Shown here piece after piece: positions 41,779 through 56,600 of a stretch of 64,000 nt of DNA (the first letter of the stretch is position 1; every line of letters starts with the position of its first letter). The DNA lies in the NCBI GenBank assembly GCA_040954595.2, contig CM082593.2, positions 11,421,477 through 11,485,476 on the forward strand. Direction: 5' to 3'. This DNA is from Balanoglossus misakiensis. Its lineage: Eukaryota; Animalia; Hemichordata. The notes under the pieces are model-generated. The model searched no databases. It was not told the DNA's origin and worked only from the letters and a program-made list of their open reading frames with translations. Both the position numbers and the translations under genes were made by a program.

Positions 41779-44700
41779 TCTGCATTTTTGGAGTGGTCGA
41801 AAGTTTTAACATACAATCAACATGTCATATATGATCAGGGCACCAAATTCGAAGAACAAACGTTTTTTTAGTTTTTTTTTCTAAAAATGACATTTTCAAG
41901 GAAAATTTGGTAAAACGCAATTTTGTCTGCAGTGAGCCAAATTAGACGGTCTTTTGTGGAATTTGTATCGATATATACATACGAAGAGCATTCTATACTC
42001 CATCAGATTTCCGAAAATGTAGAAAACAGGTATTTTTTGTAATTTTCAAAAATTTACCATTTCGACCTAATTGTTATTTTCGTGTTGAATGCCGCCAGTG
42101 TCACTGCTTTTAAAAGTCATAAAAACTTTTAACATACAAGCAATTGTTTATATATGATCAGGTCACCGAATTAAAAAAAATAAAGAATGTTTTGCCTAAA
42201 AATGACCTTTTTGGTGTAAAAACGAATAAAACGCAATTTTGTATTAAATCAGCTCATTCAGAGTGCATTTTTTATAATCAGCACCAATTTAACATATAAT
42301 GGAAATTTCCTACATCATCAGATATCCAAATATGAAAAAATGATTTAGATTTTAGATGATTTTCCAAAATTAGCTGATATCTAATAAATGTAGTAATGAA
42401 CTGTTCCGTTTCCCCCCCCCCCTCCCTTACATTATATGCGGTACACCGATTTCAGCTTACCCGGCAGTACTGCAGGCCGTGCCCCCAACTAACGTCGGTG
42501 TTTGAAACGCCCTGGTTAAATTCTGGCTTTCTCTATAAATTGACAGGCAATAATGCAGTCCTACCCGAACAAATGTCGAGTGTTGACCCGCTGTGACTTT
42601 CCCTCTTCGGTTTGCCCGACTTAGCCATCGTCTTTGTACTAGAGTGTCCGGTCTTTTGCAGAGCCAGGCCGAAGGAAATCCGACTTGATCACCGTTGCTA
42701 ACGAACGATAGTGTCTGTCATGGTGTGCCGGGGTTTTAGTCGAGCCAGGCGTAGGAGATCTGACTTGATCATCGTGGTCAATGTACGCGTGTTTCCGCTC
42801 TAAAGTGCCGGGGCTTCAGCTAAACCAGGCCGTAGGAAATCCGACGTAATCACCGTTGATAACTTACGCCAGTCTGTGTCATATAGAGCCGGTGCACCAG
42901 CTGAGTCACGTCGTAGGAAATCTGACTTGATCAACGTGGTCAATGTACGCCTGTTTCTGCTCTAGAGTGCCGGGGCTTCAGCTGAGCCAGGCCGTAGGAA
43001 ACCCGACGTGATTACCGTTGTTAACCTACGCCAGTCTGTGTCCTATATATAGTGCCGGGGCATCAGCCGTGCCAGGCCGAAGGAAATGTGAGTAGATCAA
43101 CGTGGTCTCTGTACGCGTGTTTCTGCTCTAGAGTGCCAGGGCTTTAGCCAAGCCATGCCGTAGGAAATCTGACTTGATCAACGTTGCTAACGAACGCTAG
43201 TGTCTGTCATAGTGTGCCGGGGTTTTAGTCGAGCCAAGCCGTAGGAGATTAGACTTGATCAACGTGGTCTCTGTAGGCGTGTTTCTGCTCTAGAGTGCCG
43301 GGGCTTTATCCAAGCCATGCCGTAGAAAATCTGACTTGATCACCGTTGCTAACGTACGCTAGTGTCTGTCATATTGTGACGGAGATTTAGCCGAGCCAGG
43401 CCGTAGAAAAATCGACTTGTTCAACGTTACCAGTGTGCAACTGTTTCTGCTCTAGAGTGTCAGGGTTTTAGCCGACTTATGCTGTAGGAAATCTGAGTTG
43501 ATGAACGGGAATTCAATGTTAGAAAACCCGTGTGGAAAGTATCTCTACCCGTTTGAAACTAAGAAAAGAATTTATTCTTATTTATTTTGTAAAAAAGACA
43601 ATTTTTCGAAAAAAAAAGTCGAAAATGGTAATTTTGTCTTGGGTGATTCAAATTATACCGCCTTTTCTGGAATTTGCAGCACTTTTTACAAGAGAACGAC
43701 ACTTCATGCTCCATAATATTTCCGAAAATGAAGAAAAGAGTTAATTTTTTATGATTTTTTAAAAATTTACCATTTTTGTCAAAATATGGCCAAAAATGGC
43801 TATTTTTTCTTGAATTCCGTCAATATCTCTGCACTTTTGGAGTGGTCGAAAGTTTTAACATACAATCAACATGTCATATATGATCAGGGCACCAAATTCG
43901 AAGAACAAAGGTTTTTTTATTTGTTTTTCTAAAAATGACATTTTCAAGGAAAATTTGGTAAAACGCAATTTTGTCTGCAGTGAGCCAAATTAGACGGTCT
44001 TTTGTGGAATTTGTATCGATATATACATACGAAGAGCATTCTATACTCCATCAGATTTCCGAAAATGTAGAAAACAGGTTTTTTTGTAATTTTCAAAAAT
44101 TTACCATTTTGACCAAATTGTGGCTAAAATTGTTATTTTCGTGTTGAATGCCGCCAGTGTCACAGCTTTTAAAAGTCATAAAAACTTTTAACATACAAGC
44201 AATTGTTTATATATGATCAGGTCAATGAATTAAAAAAATAAAGAATGTTTTGCCTAAAAATGACCTTTTTGGTGTAAAAACGAATAAAACGCAATTTTGT
44301 ATTAAATCAGAATGCATTTTTTATAATCAGCACCATTTTTACATATAATGGAAATTTCATACATCATCAGATATCCAAATATGAAAAAATGATTTAGATT
44401 TTAAATGATTGTCCAAAATTAGCGGATATCTAATAAATGTAGTATTGAACCGTTCTGTCCCCCCCCCCCCCCCCCCACATTATATGCGGTACGCCGATGT
44501 CAGCTTACCCGGCAGTACTGCAGGCCGTGCCCCCAACTAACGTCGGTGTTTGAAACGCCCTGGTTAAATTCGGGCTTTCTCTATAAATTGACAGGCAATA
44601 ATGCAGTCCTACCCGAACAAATGTCGAGTGTTGAACGGCTGTGACTTTCCCTCTTCGGTTTGCCCGTCTTAGCCAACGTCTTTGTACTAGAGTGTCGGGT

Positions 44701-45447
44701 CTTTTGCAGAGCCAGGCCGAAGGAAATCCGACTTGATCACCGTTGCTAACGAACGCGTGTTTCCGCTCGAAAGTGCCGGGGCTTCAGCTAAACCAGGCCG
44801 TAGGAAATCCGACGTAATCACCGTTGATAACTTACGCCAGTCTGTGTCATATAGAGCCGGTGCACCAGCGGAGTCACGCCGTAGGAAATCGGGCTTGATC
44901 AACGTGGTCAATGTACGCCTGTTTCTGCTCTAGAGTGCCGGGGCTTCAGCTGAGCCAGGCCGTAGGAAACCCGACGTGATTACCGTTGTTAACTTACGCC
45001 AGTCTGTGTCCTATATATAGTGCCGGGGCATCAGCCGTGCCAGGCCGAAGAAAATGTGAGTAGATCAACGAGGTCTCTGTACGCGTGTTTCTGCTCTAGA
45101 GTGCCAGGGCTTTAGCCAAGCCATGCCGTAGGAAATCTCACTTGATCAACGTTGCTAACGAACGCTAGTGTCTGTCATAGTGTGCCGGGGTTTTAGTCGA
45201 GCCAAGCCGTAGGAGATCAGACTTGATCAACGTGGTCTCTGTACGCGTGTTTCTGCTCTAGAGTGCCGGGGCTTTATCCAAGCCATGCCGCAGAAAATCT
45301 GACTTGATCACCGTTGCTAACGTACGCTAGTGTCTGTCATATTGTGACGGAGATTTAGTCGAGCCAGGCCGTAGAAAAATCGACTTGTTCAACGTTACCA
45401 GTGTGCAACTGTTTCTGCTCTAGAGTGTCAGGGTTTTAGCCGACTTA
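41779..45447. repeat. Satellite segment (~1.8 units)
   Basis: Same unit; the second copy lacks one 81-bp subrepeat near 44750. Confidence 0.96.
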
Positions 45448-46060
45448 CAGGGAAAATTAATTGAGTGTCCGGTTTGGATTTCTGGGTTTGACAACTTTCT
45501 TTATCGCTGGCCAGTACAGAAGTCAAACATTGTAGCAAGTTGAATTCCAAAGGGAGCGTACGCATATTGTCTCTGCAATGCATTGCTCCACTGCACAGTC
45601 ACGTACACACAATCAGACTTCGCACGCAATTTGTTTTTAAACTTTCATGCTTTTTTAAAAATAAACCTTCAAACGTTGAACAAGAAAATTCCAGTGGTAG
45701 TTCATGTTAAATAGTTGATTTGTGACCGATAATAAACTGAGTATACAGACGCCATGAAAAGAAATGGAAGTTGAACTTCCACATTGTCCACCCGCATGAC
45801 AAAGTACAACGCTTTCCCAACGCTGAACTCAAAACAATCAACATGACTGAACTTTAAAACGTATCATGACTGCCGATGTTTCAGATTATTCATCTACTAT
45901 TATATAGCCAGTGTTTCCGTCAAATACAAAAGTATTTTGCTGTATCTTGGGGCAAGTGATTTCCCTGACGGCATCATATACAGCGACAGACAGGTTGGCA
46001 TGAAGGAGTCTTTCACTTTACTGACACTGTTCGACGGGGTTCAGATAGAGAGAATATGCC

Positions 46061-46226
46061 TCGGTCATCCAACTTGAACTTTTTGCTGACAGATGCTAAA
46101 GTACCCCTTGGAATATATCCTGTATTTCTGTCGGCTCCATTTTCTTCAAGTTCAGACAAAAAAAGTGTTCGCAGATCTCGAACGTCCACGTTGAAATTGC
46201 CTACCTTTGATTGATGTATGAAACAT
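46061..46226 (-). pseudogene. Transposase N-terminal fragment (paired-like HTH start), frameshifted and internally deleted
   Basis: MFHTSIKGRQFQRGRS / DLRTLFLSELEENGADRNTGYIPRGTLASVSKKFKLDDR, then jumps to AYS.YLNPVE in the left TIR. Confidence 0.6.
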
Positions 46227-46604
46227 TTTGGCTATCTCACTCATCAGAATTGTTGGCTGCAATCATGGACATGCTGCAATGGAAGAAACCAAACCAGCAG
46301 AGAGAGCCATACCCATCGTTTTTCTTTCATTGAAACGTTCAATATTACGCGAGTAATCATGGTGGCCTATTATTTAGTGAATTTTTTGGAAAATATTGAC
46401 TAGTTCTCCAAATTTTGCAAACTCTTCCGACAAGATGAGTAAGAAATGCAAGTGTGAGAATGTACGCTCGCGGCCCAAACCCCTCATTAAAAATAGTCGA
46501 TCTCTGGCGAAGAAAAGTCGATACTTTTATGCAAATATTGTGCCAAGAAGGCGGAAACTTGAAAGTTGGCCGCGACGTAAACAGTACCTGCAAGTTCCCG
46601 CAAA

Positions 46605-46880
46605 ATGAACACACCCAGAGCAAGTTCGGTTGATGTTGAAGACTTTCTTCGAAATATTGATCCAATGCTTGAAAAATATGCCAGTGATTTTCGTCGGTTG
46701 GATTTTGTGAACACAACTCATATGAAATTTCTGAAACCAAGAGATCTGGAGAAGTTCACGTGCAAAGTTAGTGATGTTCACCGGAGAATGTTGCTGAACG
46801 CCGTTGCAAAACTACAAACACCCAGTTCAAAACTGGGTTTGCGGGATGAAAAAAGCCCAAAGGCGCACGAAGAACTTTAA
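46605..46880 (+). CDS. SAM (sterile alpha motif)-like ORF, probably 3'-truncated
   Basis: DVEDFLRNIDPMLEKYASDF...MKFLKPRDLEKF...VHRRMLLNAVAKL fits the SAM pattern (V..FL..I..L..Y...F; L...DL; HR..IL.AV..L). Confidence 0.65.
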   Translation: MNTPRASSVDVEDFLRNIDPMLEKYASDFRRLDFVNTTHMKFLKPRDLEKFTCKVSDVHRRMLLNAVAKLQTPSSKLGLRDEKSPKAHEEL

Positions 46881-46884
46881 GAAA

Positions 46885-47034
46885 CAAGGTGACATCGTGA
46901 TTGCTGACAATGCTCCGATACATCACCACGAAGGCGAACTGATTCTCTCAAACTGGTTGGAAACTCTTGGAATGGAATAAACTTTCACTCCGGCATATTC
47001 TCCCGATCTGAACCCCGTCGAACACTGTCAGTAA
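46885..47034 (+). pseudogene. Transposase catalytic C-terminal fragment (DDE_3-like)
   Basis: QGDIVIADNAPIHHHEGELILSNWLETLGME*TFTPAYSPDLNPVEHC; 37 codons between D and E. Confidence 0.85.
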
Positions 47035-47605
47035 AGTGAAAGACTCCTTCATGCCAACCTGTCTGTCGCTGTATATGTTGCCGTCAGGGAAATCACTTGC
47101 CCCAAGATACAGCAAAATACTTTTGTATTTGACGGAAACACTGGCTATATAATAGTAGATGAATAATCTGAAACATCGGCAGTCATGATACGATTTAAAG
47201 TTCAGTCATGTTGATTGTTTTGAGTTCAGCGTTGGGAAAGCGTTGTACTTTGTCATGCGGGTGGACAATGTGGAAGTTCAACTTCCATTTCTTTTCATGG
47301 CGTCTGTATACTCAGTTTATTATCGGTCACAAATCAACTATTTAACATGAACTACCACTGGAATTTTCTTGTTCAACGTTTGAAGGTTTATTTTAAAAAA
47401 AAGCATGAAAGTTTAAAAACAAATTGCGTGCGAAGTCTGATTGTGTGTACGTGACTGTGCAGTGGAGCAATGCATTGCAGAGACAATATGCGTACGCTCC
47501 CTTTGGAATTCAACTTGCTACAATGTTTGACTTCTGTACTTGCCAGCGATAAAGAAAGTCGTCAAACCCAGAAATCAAAACCGGACACTCAATTAATTTT
47601 CCCTG

Positions 47606-50600
47606 TATGCTGTAGGAAATCTGAGTTGATGAACGGGAATTCATTGTTAGAAAACCCGTGGAAAGTATCTCTACCCGTTTGAAACTAAGAAAAGAATTTA
47701 TTCTTATTTATTTTGTAAAAAAGACAATTTTTCGAAAAAAAGTCGAAAATGGTAATTTTGTCTTGGGTGATTCAAATTATACCACCTTTTCTGGAATTTG
47801 CAGCACTTTTTACAAGAGAACGGCACTTCATGCTCCATAATATTTCCGAAAATGAAGAAAAGAGTTAATTTTTTATGATTTTTTAAAAATTTACCATTTT
47901 TGTCAAAATATGGCCAAAATGGCTATTTTTTCTTGAATTCCGTCAATATCTCTGCATTTTTGGAGTGGTCGAAAGTTTTAACATACAATCAACATGTCAT
48001 ATATGATCAGGGCACCAAAGGAAGAACAAAGGTTTTTTTATTTTATTATCTAAAAATGACATTTTCAAGGAAAATTTGGTAAAACGCAATTTTGTCTGCA
48101 GTGAGCCAAATTTGACGGTCTTTTGTGGAATTTGTATCGATATATACATACGAAGAGCATTCTATACTCCATCAGATTTCCGAAAATGTAGAAAACAGGT
48201 ATTTTTTGTAATTTTCAAAAATTTACCATTTTGAACAAATTGTGGCTAAAATTGTTATTTTCGTGTTGAATGCCGCCAGTGTCACTGATTTTAAAAGTCA
48301 TAAAAACTTTTAACATACAAGCAATTGTTTATATATGATCAGGTCACCGAATTAAAAAAATAAAGAACGTTTTGCCTAAAAATGACCTTTTTGGTGCAAA
48401 AACCAATAAAACGCAATTTTGTATTAAATCAGCTCATTCAGAGTGCATTTTTTATAATCAGCACCATTTTTACATATAATGGAAATGTCATACATCATCA
48501 GATATCCAAATATGAAAAAATGATTTAGATTTTAGATGATTGTCCAAAATTAGCTGATATCTAATAAATGTAGTATTGAACCGTTCTGTTCCCCCCACCC
48601 CAACATTATATGCGGTACGCCGATGTCAGCTTACCAGGCAGTACTGCAGGCCGTGCCCCCAACTAACGACGGTGTTCGAAACGCCCTGGTTAAATTCGGG
48701 CTTTCTCTATAAATTGACAGGCAATAATGCAGTCCTACCCGACCAAATGTCGAGTGTTGACCCACTGTGACTTTCCTTCTTCGGTTTGCCCGACTTAGCC
48801 AACGTCTTTGTACTAGAGTGTCGGGTCTTTTGCAGAGCCAGGCCGAAGGAAATCCGACTTGATCACCGTTGCTAACGAACGCTAGTGTCTGTCATGGTGT
48901 GCCGGGGTTTTAGTCGAGCCAGGCCGTACGAGATCTGACTTGATCATCGTGGTCTATGTAAGCGTGTTTCCGCTCTAAAGTGCCGGGGTTTCAGCTAAAC
49001 CAGGCCGTAGGAAATCCGACGTAATCACCGTTGATAACTTACGACAGTCTGTGTCATATAGAGCCGGTGCACCAGCCGAGTCACGCCGTAGGAAATCTTA
49101 CTTGATCAACGTGGTCAATGTACGCCTGTTTCTGCTCTAGAGTGCCGGGGCTTCAGCTGAGCCAGGCCGTAGGAAACCCGACGTGATTACCGTTGTTAAC
49201 TTACGCCAGTTTGTGTCCTATATATAGTGCCGGGGCATCAGCCGTGCCAGGCCGAAGGAAATGTGAGTAGATCAACGTGGTCTCTGTACGCGTGTTTCTG
49301 CTCTAGAGTGCCAGGGCTTTAGCCAAGCCATGCCGTAGGAAATCTGACTTGATCACCGTTGCTAACGAACGCTAGTGTCTGTCATAGTGTGCCGGGGTTT
49401 TAGTCGAGCCAAGCCGTAGGAGATCAGACTTGATCAACGTGGTCTCTGTACGCGTGTTTCTGCTCTAGAGTGCTGGGGCTTTATCCAAGCCATGCCGTAG
49501 AAAATCTGACTTGATCACCGTTGCTAACGTACGCTAGTGTCTGTCATATTGTGACGGAGATTTAGCCGAGCCAGGCCGTAGAAAAATCGACTTGTTCAAC
49601 GTTACCAGTGTGCAACTGTTTCTGTTCTAGAGTGTCAGGGTTTTAGCCGACTTGTAGGAAATCTGAGTTGATGAACGGGAATTCAATGTTCGAAAACCCG
49701 TGTGGAAAGTATCTCTACCCGTTTGGAACTAAGAAAAGAATTTATTCTTATTTATTTTGTAAAAAAAGACAATTTTTCGAAAAAAAGTCGAAAAATGGTA
49801 AATTTGTCTTGGGTGATTCAAATTATACCGCCTTTTCTGGAATTTGCAGCACTTTTTACAAGAGAACGACACTTCATGCTCCATAATATTTCCGAAAATG
49901 AAGAAAAGAGTTAATTTTTTATGATTTTTCAAAAATGTACCATTTTTGTCAAAATATGGCCAAAATGGCTATTTTTTCTTGAATTCCGTCAATATCTCTG
50001 CATTTTTGGAGTTGTCGAAAGTTTTAACATACAATCAACATGTTATATATGATCAGGCACTAAATTCGAAGAACAAAGGTTTTTTATTTTTTTTCTAAAA
50101 TGACATTTTCAAGGAAAATTGGTAAAACGCAATTTTGTCTGCAGTGAGCCAAATTAGACGGTCTTTTGTGGAATTTGTATCGATATATACATACGAAGAG
50201 CATTCTATACTCCATCAGATTTCCGAAAGTGTAGAAAACAGGTATGTTTTGTAATTTTCAAAAATTTACCATTTTGACAAAATTGTGGCTAAAATTGTTA
50301 TTTTCGTGTTGAATGCCGCCAGTGTCACTGCTTTTAAAAGTCATAAAAACTTTTAACATACAAGCAATTGTTTATATATGATCAGGTCACCGAATTAAAA
50401 AAATAAAGAATGTTTGACTAAAAATGACCTTTTTGGTGCAAAAACGAATAAAACGCAATTTTGTATTAAATCAGCTCATTCAGACTGCATTTTTATAATC
50501 AGCACCATTTTTACATATAATGGAAATTTCATACATCATCAGATATCCAAATATGAAAAGATGATTTACATTTTAGATGATTGTCCAAAATTAGCTGATA

Positions 50601-53600
50601 TCTAATAAATGTAGTATTGAACCGTTCTGTTCCCCCCCCCCCCCCTTACATTATATGCGGTACGCCGATGTCAGCTTACCCGGCAGTACTGTAGGCCGTG
50701 CCCCCAACAAACGTCGGTGTTTGAAACGCCCTGGTTAAATTCGGGCTCTCTCTATAAATCGACAGGCAATAATGCAGTCCTACCGGAACAAATGTCAAGT
50801 GTTGAACCGCTGTGACTTTCCCTGTTCGGTTTGCCCGACTTAGCCAACGTCTTTGTACTAGAGTGTCGGGTCTTTTTCAGAGCCAGGCCGAAGGAAATTC
50901 AACTTGATCACCGTTGCTAACGAACGCTAGTGTCTGTCATGGTGTGCCGGGGTTTTAGTCGAGCCAGGCCGTAGGAGATCTGACTTGATCATCGTGGTCA
51001 ATGTACGCGTGTTTCCGCTCTAAAGTGCCGGGACTTCAGCTAAACCAGGCCGTAGGAAATCCGACGTAATCACCGTTGATAACTTACGCCAGTCTGTGTC
51101 ATATAGAGCCGGTGCACCAGCCGAGTCACGCCGTAGAAAATCTGACTTGATCAACGTGGTCAATGTACGCCTGTTTCTGCTCTAGAGTGCCGGGGCTTCA
51201 GCTGAGCCAGGCCGTAGGAAACCCGACGTGATTACCGTTGTTAACTTACGCCAGTCTGTGTCCTATATATAGTGCCGGGGCATCAGCCGTGCCAGGCCGA
51301 AGGAAATGTGAGAAGATCAACGTGGTCTCTGTACGCGTGTTTCTGCTCTAGAGTGCCAGGGTTTTAGCTAAGCCATGCCGTAGGAAATCTGACTTGATCA
51401 ACGTTGCTAAGGAACGCTAGTGTCTGTCATAGTGTGCCGGGGTTTTAGTCGAGCCAAGCCGTAGGAGATCAGACTTGATCAACGTAGTCTCTGTACGCGT
51501 GTTTCTTCTCTAGAGTGCCGGGGCTTCAGCTGAGCCAGGCCGTAGGAAACCCATGCCGTAGAAAATCTGACTTGATCACCGTTGCTAACGTACGCTTGTG
51601 TCTGTCATATTGTGACGGAGATTTATTCGAGCCAGGCCGTAGAAAAATCGACTTGTTCAACGTTACCAGTGTGCAACTGTTTCTGCTCTAGAGTGTCAGG
51701 GTTTTAGCCGACTTATGCTGTAGGAAATCTGAGTTGATGAACGGGAATTCAATGTTAGAAAACCCGTGTGGAAAGTATCTCTACCCGTTTGAAACTAAGA
51801 AAAGAATTCATTCTTATTTATTTTGTAAAAAAGACAATTTTTCGAAAAAAAGTCGAAAATGGTAATTTTGTCTTGGGTGATTCAAATTATACCACCTTTT
51901 CTGGAATTTGCAGCACTTTTTACAAGAGAACGACACTTCATGCTCCATAATATTTCCGAAAATGAAGAAAAGAGTTAATTTTTTATGATTTTTTAAAAAT
52001 TTACCATTTGTGTCAAAATATGGTCAAAATGGCTATTTTTCTTGAATTCCGTCAATATCTCTGCATTTTTGGAGTGGTCGAAAGTTTTAACATACAATCA
52101 ACATGTCATATATGATCAGGGCACCAAAGGAAGAACAAAGGTTTTTTTTATTTTATTATCTAAAAATGACATTTTCAAGGAAAATTTGGTAAAACGCAAT
52201 TTTGTCTGCAGTGAGCCAAATTTGACGGTCTTTTGTGGAATTTGTATCGATATATACATACGAAGAGCATTCTATACTCCATCAGATTTCCGAAAATGTA
52301 GAAAACAGGTATTTTTTGTAATTTTCAAAAATTTACCATTTTGAACAAATTGTGGCTAAAATTGTTATTTTCGTGTTGAATGCCGCCAGTGTCACTGATT
52401 TTAAAAGTCATAAAAACTTTTAACATACAAGCAATTGTTTATATATGATCAGGTCACCGAATTAAAAAAATAAAGAATGTTTTGCCTAAAAATGACCTTT
52501 TTGGTGCAAAAACGAATAAAACGCAATTTTGTATTAAATCAGCTCATTCAGAGTGCATTTTTTATAATCAGCACCATTTTTACATATAATGGAAATGTCA
52601 TACATCATCAGATATCCAAATATGAAAAAATGATTTAGATTTTAGATGATTGTCCAAAATTAGCTGATATCTAATAAATGTAGTATTGAACCGTTCTGTT
52701 CCCCCCACCCCAACATTATATGCGGTACGCCGATGTCAGCTTACCAGGCAGTACTGCAGGCCGTGCCCCCAACTAACGACGGTGTTCGAAACGCCCTGAT
52801 TAAATTCGGGCTTTCTCTATAAATTGACAGGCAATAATGCAGTCCTACCCGACCAAATGTCGAGTGTTGACCCACTGTGACTTTCCTTCTTCGGTTTGCC
52901 CGACTTAGCCAACATCTTTGTACTAGAGTGTCGGGTCTTTTGCAGAGCCAGGCCGAAGGAAATCCGACTTGATCACCGTTGCTAACGAACGCTAGTGTCT
53001 GTCATGGTGTGCCGGGGTTTTAGTCGAGCCAGGCCGTACGAGATCTGACTTGATCATCGTGGTCTATGTAAGCGTGTTTCCGCTCTAAAGTGCCGGGGTT
53101 TCAGCTAAACCAGGCCGTAGGAAATCCGACGTAATCACCGTTGATAACTTACGACAGTCTGTGTCATATAGAGCCGGTGCACCAGCCGAGTCACGCCGTA
53201 GGAAATCTGACTTGATCAACGTGGTCAATGTACGCCTGTTTCTGCTCTAGAGTGCCGGGGCTTCAGCTGAGCCAGGCCGTAGGAAACCCGACGTGATTAC
53301 CGTTGTTAACTTACGCCAGTCTGTGTCCTATATATAGTGCCGGGGCATCAGCCGTGCCAGGCCGAAGGAAATGTGAGTAGATCAACGTGGTCTCTGTACT
53401 CGTGTTTCTGCTCTAGAGTGTCAGGGCTTTATCCAAGCCATGCCGTAGAAAATCTGACTTGATCACCGTTGCTAACGTACGCTAGTGTCTGTCATATTGT
53501 GACGGAGATTTAGCCGAGCCAGGCTGTAAAAAAATCGACTTGTTCAACGTTACCAGTGTGCAACTGTTTCTGCTCTAGAGTGTCAGGGTTTTGGCCGATT

Positions 53601-56600
53601 TATGCTGTAGGAAATCAGAGCTGATGAACGGGAATTCAATGTTAGAAAACCCGTGTGGAAAGTGTCTCTACCCGTTTGAAACTAAGAAAGGAATTTATTT
53701 TTATTTATTTTGTAAAAAAGACAATTTTTCGAAAAAAAAGGCGAAAATTGTAATTTTGTCATGTGTGATTCAAATTATACCACCTTTTCTGGAATTTGCA
53801 GCACTTTTTACAAGAGAACGACACTTCATGCTCCATAATATTTCCGAAAATGAAGAAAAGAGTTATTTTTTATGATTTTTTAAAAATTTACCATTTTTGT
53901 CAAAATATGGCCAACATGGCTATTTTTTCTTGAATTCCGTCAATATCTCTGCATTTTTGGAGTGGTCGAAAGTTTTAACATACAATCAACATGTCATATA
54001 TGATCGGGGCACCAAATTCGTAGAACAAAGGTTTTTTTATTTTTTTTTCTAAAAATGACATTTTCAAGGAAAATTTGGTAAAACGAAATTTTGTCTGCAG
54101 TGAGCCAAATTTGACGGTCTTTTGTGGAATTTGTATCGATATATACATACGAAGAGCATTCTATACTCCATCAGATTTCCGAAAATGTAGAAAACAGGTA
54201 TTTTTTGTAATTTTGAAAAAAATTTCCATTTTGACCAAATTGTGGCTAAAATTGTTATTTTCGTGTTGAATGCCGCCAGTGTCACTGCTTTTAAAAGTCA
54301 TAAAAACTTTTAACATACAAGTAATTCTTTATATATGATCAGGTCACCGAATTAAAAAAATAAAGAATGTTTTGCCTAAAAATGACCTTTTAGGTGCAAA
54401 AACGAATAAAACGTAATTTTGTATTAAATCAGCTCATTCAGAGTGCATTTTTTATAATCAGCACCATTTTTACATATAATGGAAATTTCATACATCATCA
54501 GATATCCAAATATGAAAAAATGATTTAGATTTTAGATGATTGTCCAAAATTAGCTGATATCTAATAAATGTAGTATTGAACCGTTCTGTTCCCCCCCCCC
54601 CTACATTATATGCGGTACGCCGATGTCAGCTTACCCGGCAGTACTGCAGGCCTTGCCCCCAACTAACGTCGGTTTTTGAAACGCCCTGGTTAAATTCGGG
54701 CTTTCTCTATAAATTGGCAGGCAATAATGCAGTCCTACCCGAACAAATGTCGAGTGTTGACCCACTGTGACTTTCCCTCTTCGGTTTGCCCGACTTAGCC
54801 AACGTCTTTGTACTAGAGTGTCGGGTCTTTTGCAGAGCCAGGCCGAAGGAAATCCGACTTGATCACCGTTGCTAACGAACGCTAGTGTCTGTCATGGTGT
54901 GCCGGGGTTTTAGTCGAGCCAGGCCGTACGAGATCTGACTTGATCATCGTGGTCTATGTAAGCGTGTTTCCGCTCTAAAGTGCCGGGGTTTCAGCTAAAC
55001 CAGGCCGTAGGAAATCCGACGTAATCACCGTTGATAACTTACGACAGTCTGTGTCATATAGAGCCGGTGCACCAGCCGAGTCACGCCGTAGGAAATCTGA
55101 CTTGATCAACGTGGTCAATGTACGCCTGTTTCTGCTCTAGAGTGCCGGGGCTTCAGCTGAGCCAGGCCGTAGGAAACCCGACGTGATTACCGTTGTTAAC
55201 TTACGCCAGTCTGTGTCCTATATATAGTGCCGGGGCATCAGCCGTGCCAGGCCGAAGGAAATGTGAGTAGATCAACGTGGTCTCTGTACTCGTGTTTCTG
55301 CTCTAGAGTGTCAGGGCTTTAGGAAATCTGTCTTGATCAACGTTGCTAACGAACGCTAGTGTCTGTCATGGTGTGCCGGGGTTTTAGTTGAGCCAGGCCG
55401 TAGGAAATCTGACTTGATCAACGTTGCTAATGAACGCTAGTGTCTGTCATAGTGTGCCGGGGTTTTAGTCGAGCCAAGCCGTAGGAGATCAGACTTGATC
55501 AACGTGGTCTCTGTACGCGTGTTTCTGCTCTAGAGTGCCGGGGCTTTATCCAAGCCATGCCGTAGAAAATCTGACTTGATCACCGTTGCTAACGTACGCT
55601 AGTGTCTGTCATATTGTGACGGAGATTTAGCCGAGCCAGGCTGTAAAAAAATCGACTTGTTCAACGTTACCAGTGTGCAACTGTTTCTGCTCTAGAGTGT
55701 CAGGGTTTTAGCCGATTTATGCTGTAGGAAATCAGAGCTGATGAACGGGAATTCAATGTTAGAAAACCCGTGTGGAAAGTGTCTCTACCCGTTTGAAACT
55801 AAGAAAGGAATTTATTTTTATTTATTTTGTAAAAAAGACAATTTTTCGAGAAAAAAAGGCGAAAATGGTAATTTTGTCATGTGTGATTCAAATTATACCA
55901 CCTTTTCTGGAATTTGCAGCACTTTTTACAAGAGAACGACACTTCATGCTCCATAATATTTCCGAAAATGAAGAAAAGAGTTATTTTTTATGATTTTTTA
56001 AAAATTTACCATTTTTGTCAAAATATGGCCAACATGGCTATTTTTTCTTGAATTCCGTCAATATCTCTGCATTTTTGGAGTGGTCGAAAGTTTTAACATA
56101 CAATCAACATGTCATATATGATCGGGGCACCAAATTCGTAGAACAAAGGTTTTTTTATTTTTTTTTCTAAAAATGACATTTTCAAGGAAAATTTGGTAAA
56201 ACGAAATTTTGTCTGCAGTGAGCCAAATTAGACGGTCTTTTGTGGAATTTGTATCGATATATACATACGAAGAGCATTCTATACTCCATCAGATTTCCGA
56301 AAATGTAGAAAACAGGTATTTTTTGTAATTTTGAAAAATTTTTCCATTTTGACCAAATTGTGGCTAAAATTGTTATTTTCGTGTTGGTGCCGCCAGTGTC
56401 ACTGCTTTTAAAAGTCATAAAAACTTTTAACATACAAGTAATTCTTTATATATGATCAGGTCACCGAATTAAAAAAATAAAGAATGTTTTGCCTAAAAAT
56501 GACCTTTTAGGTGCAAAAACGAATAAAACGTAATTTTGTATTAAATCAGCTCATTCAGAGTGCATTTTTTATAATCAGCACCATTTTTACATATAATGGA

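Larger units (their letters stand above)
45448..47605. mobile_element. IS630-Tc1-mariner DD37E (L31-like) deletion derivative with ~610-bp TIRs and TA TSD
   Basis: TA|CAGGGAAAATTAATTGAGTGTCCGG...CCGGACACTCAATTAATTTTCCCTG|TA; arms 45448-46060 and 46992-47605; empty site CGACTTATGCTGTAGG in other units. Confidence 0.92.
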
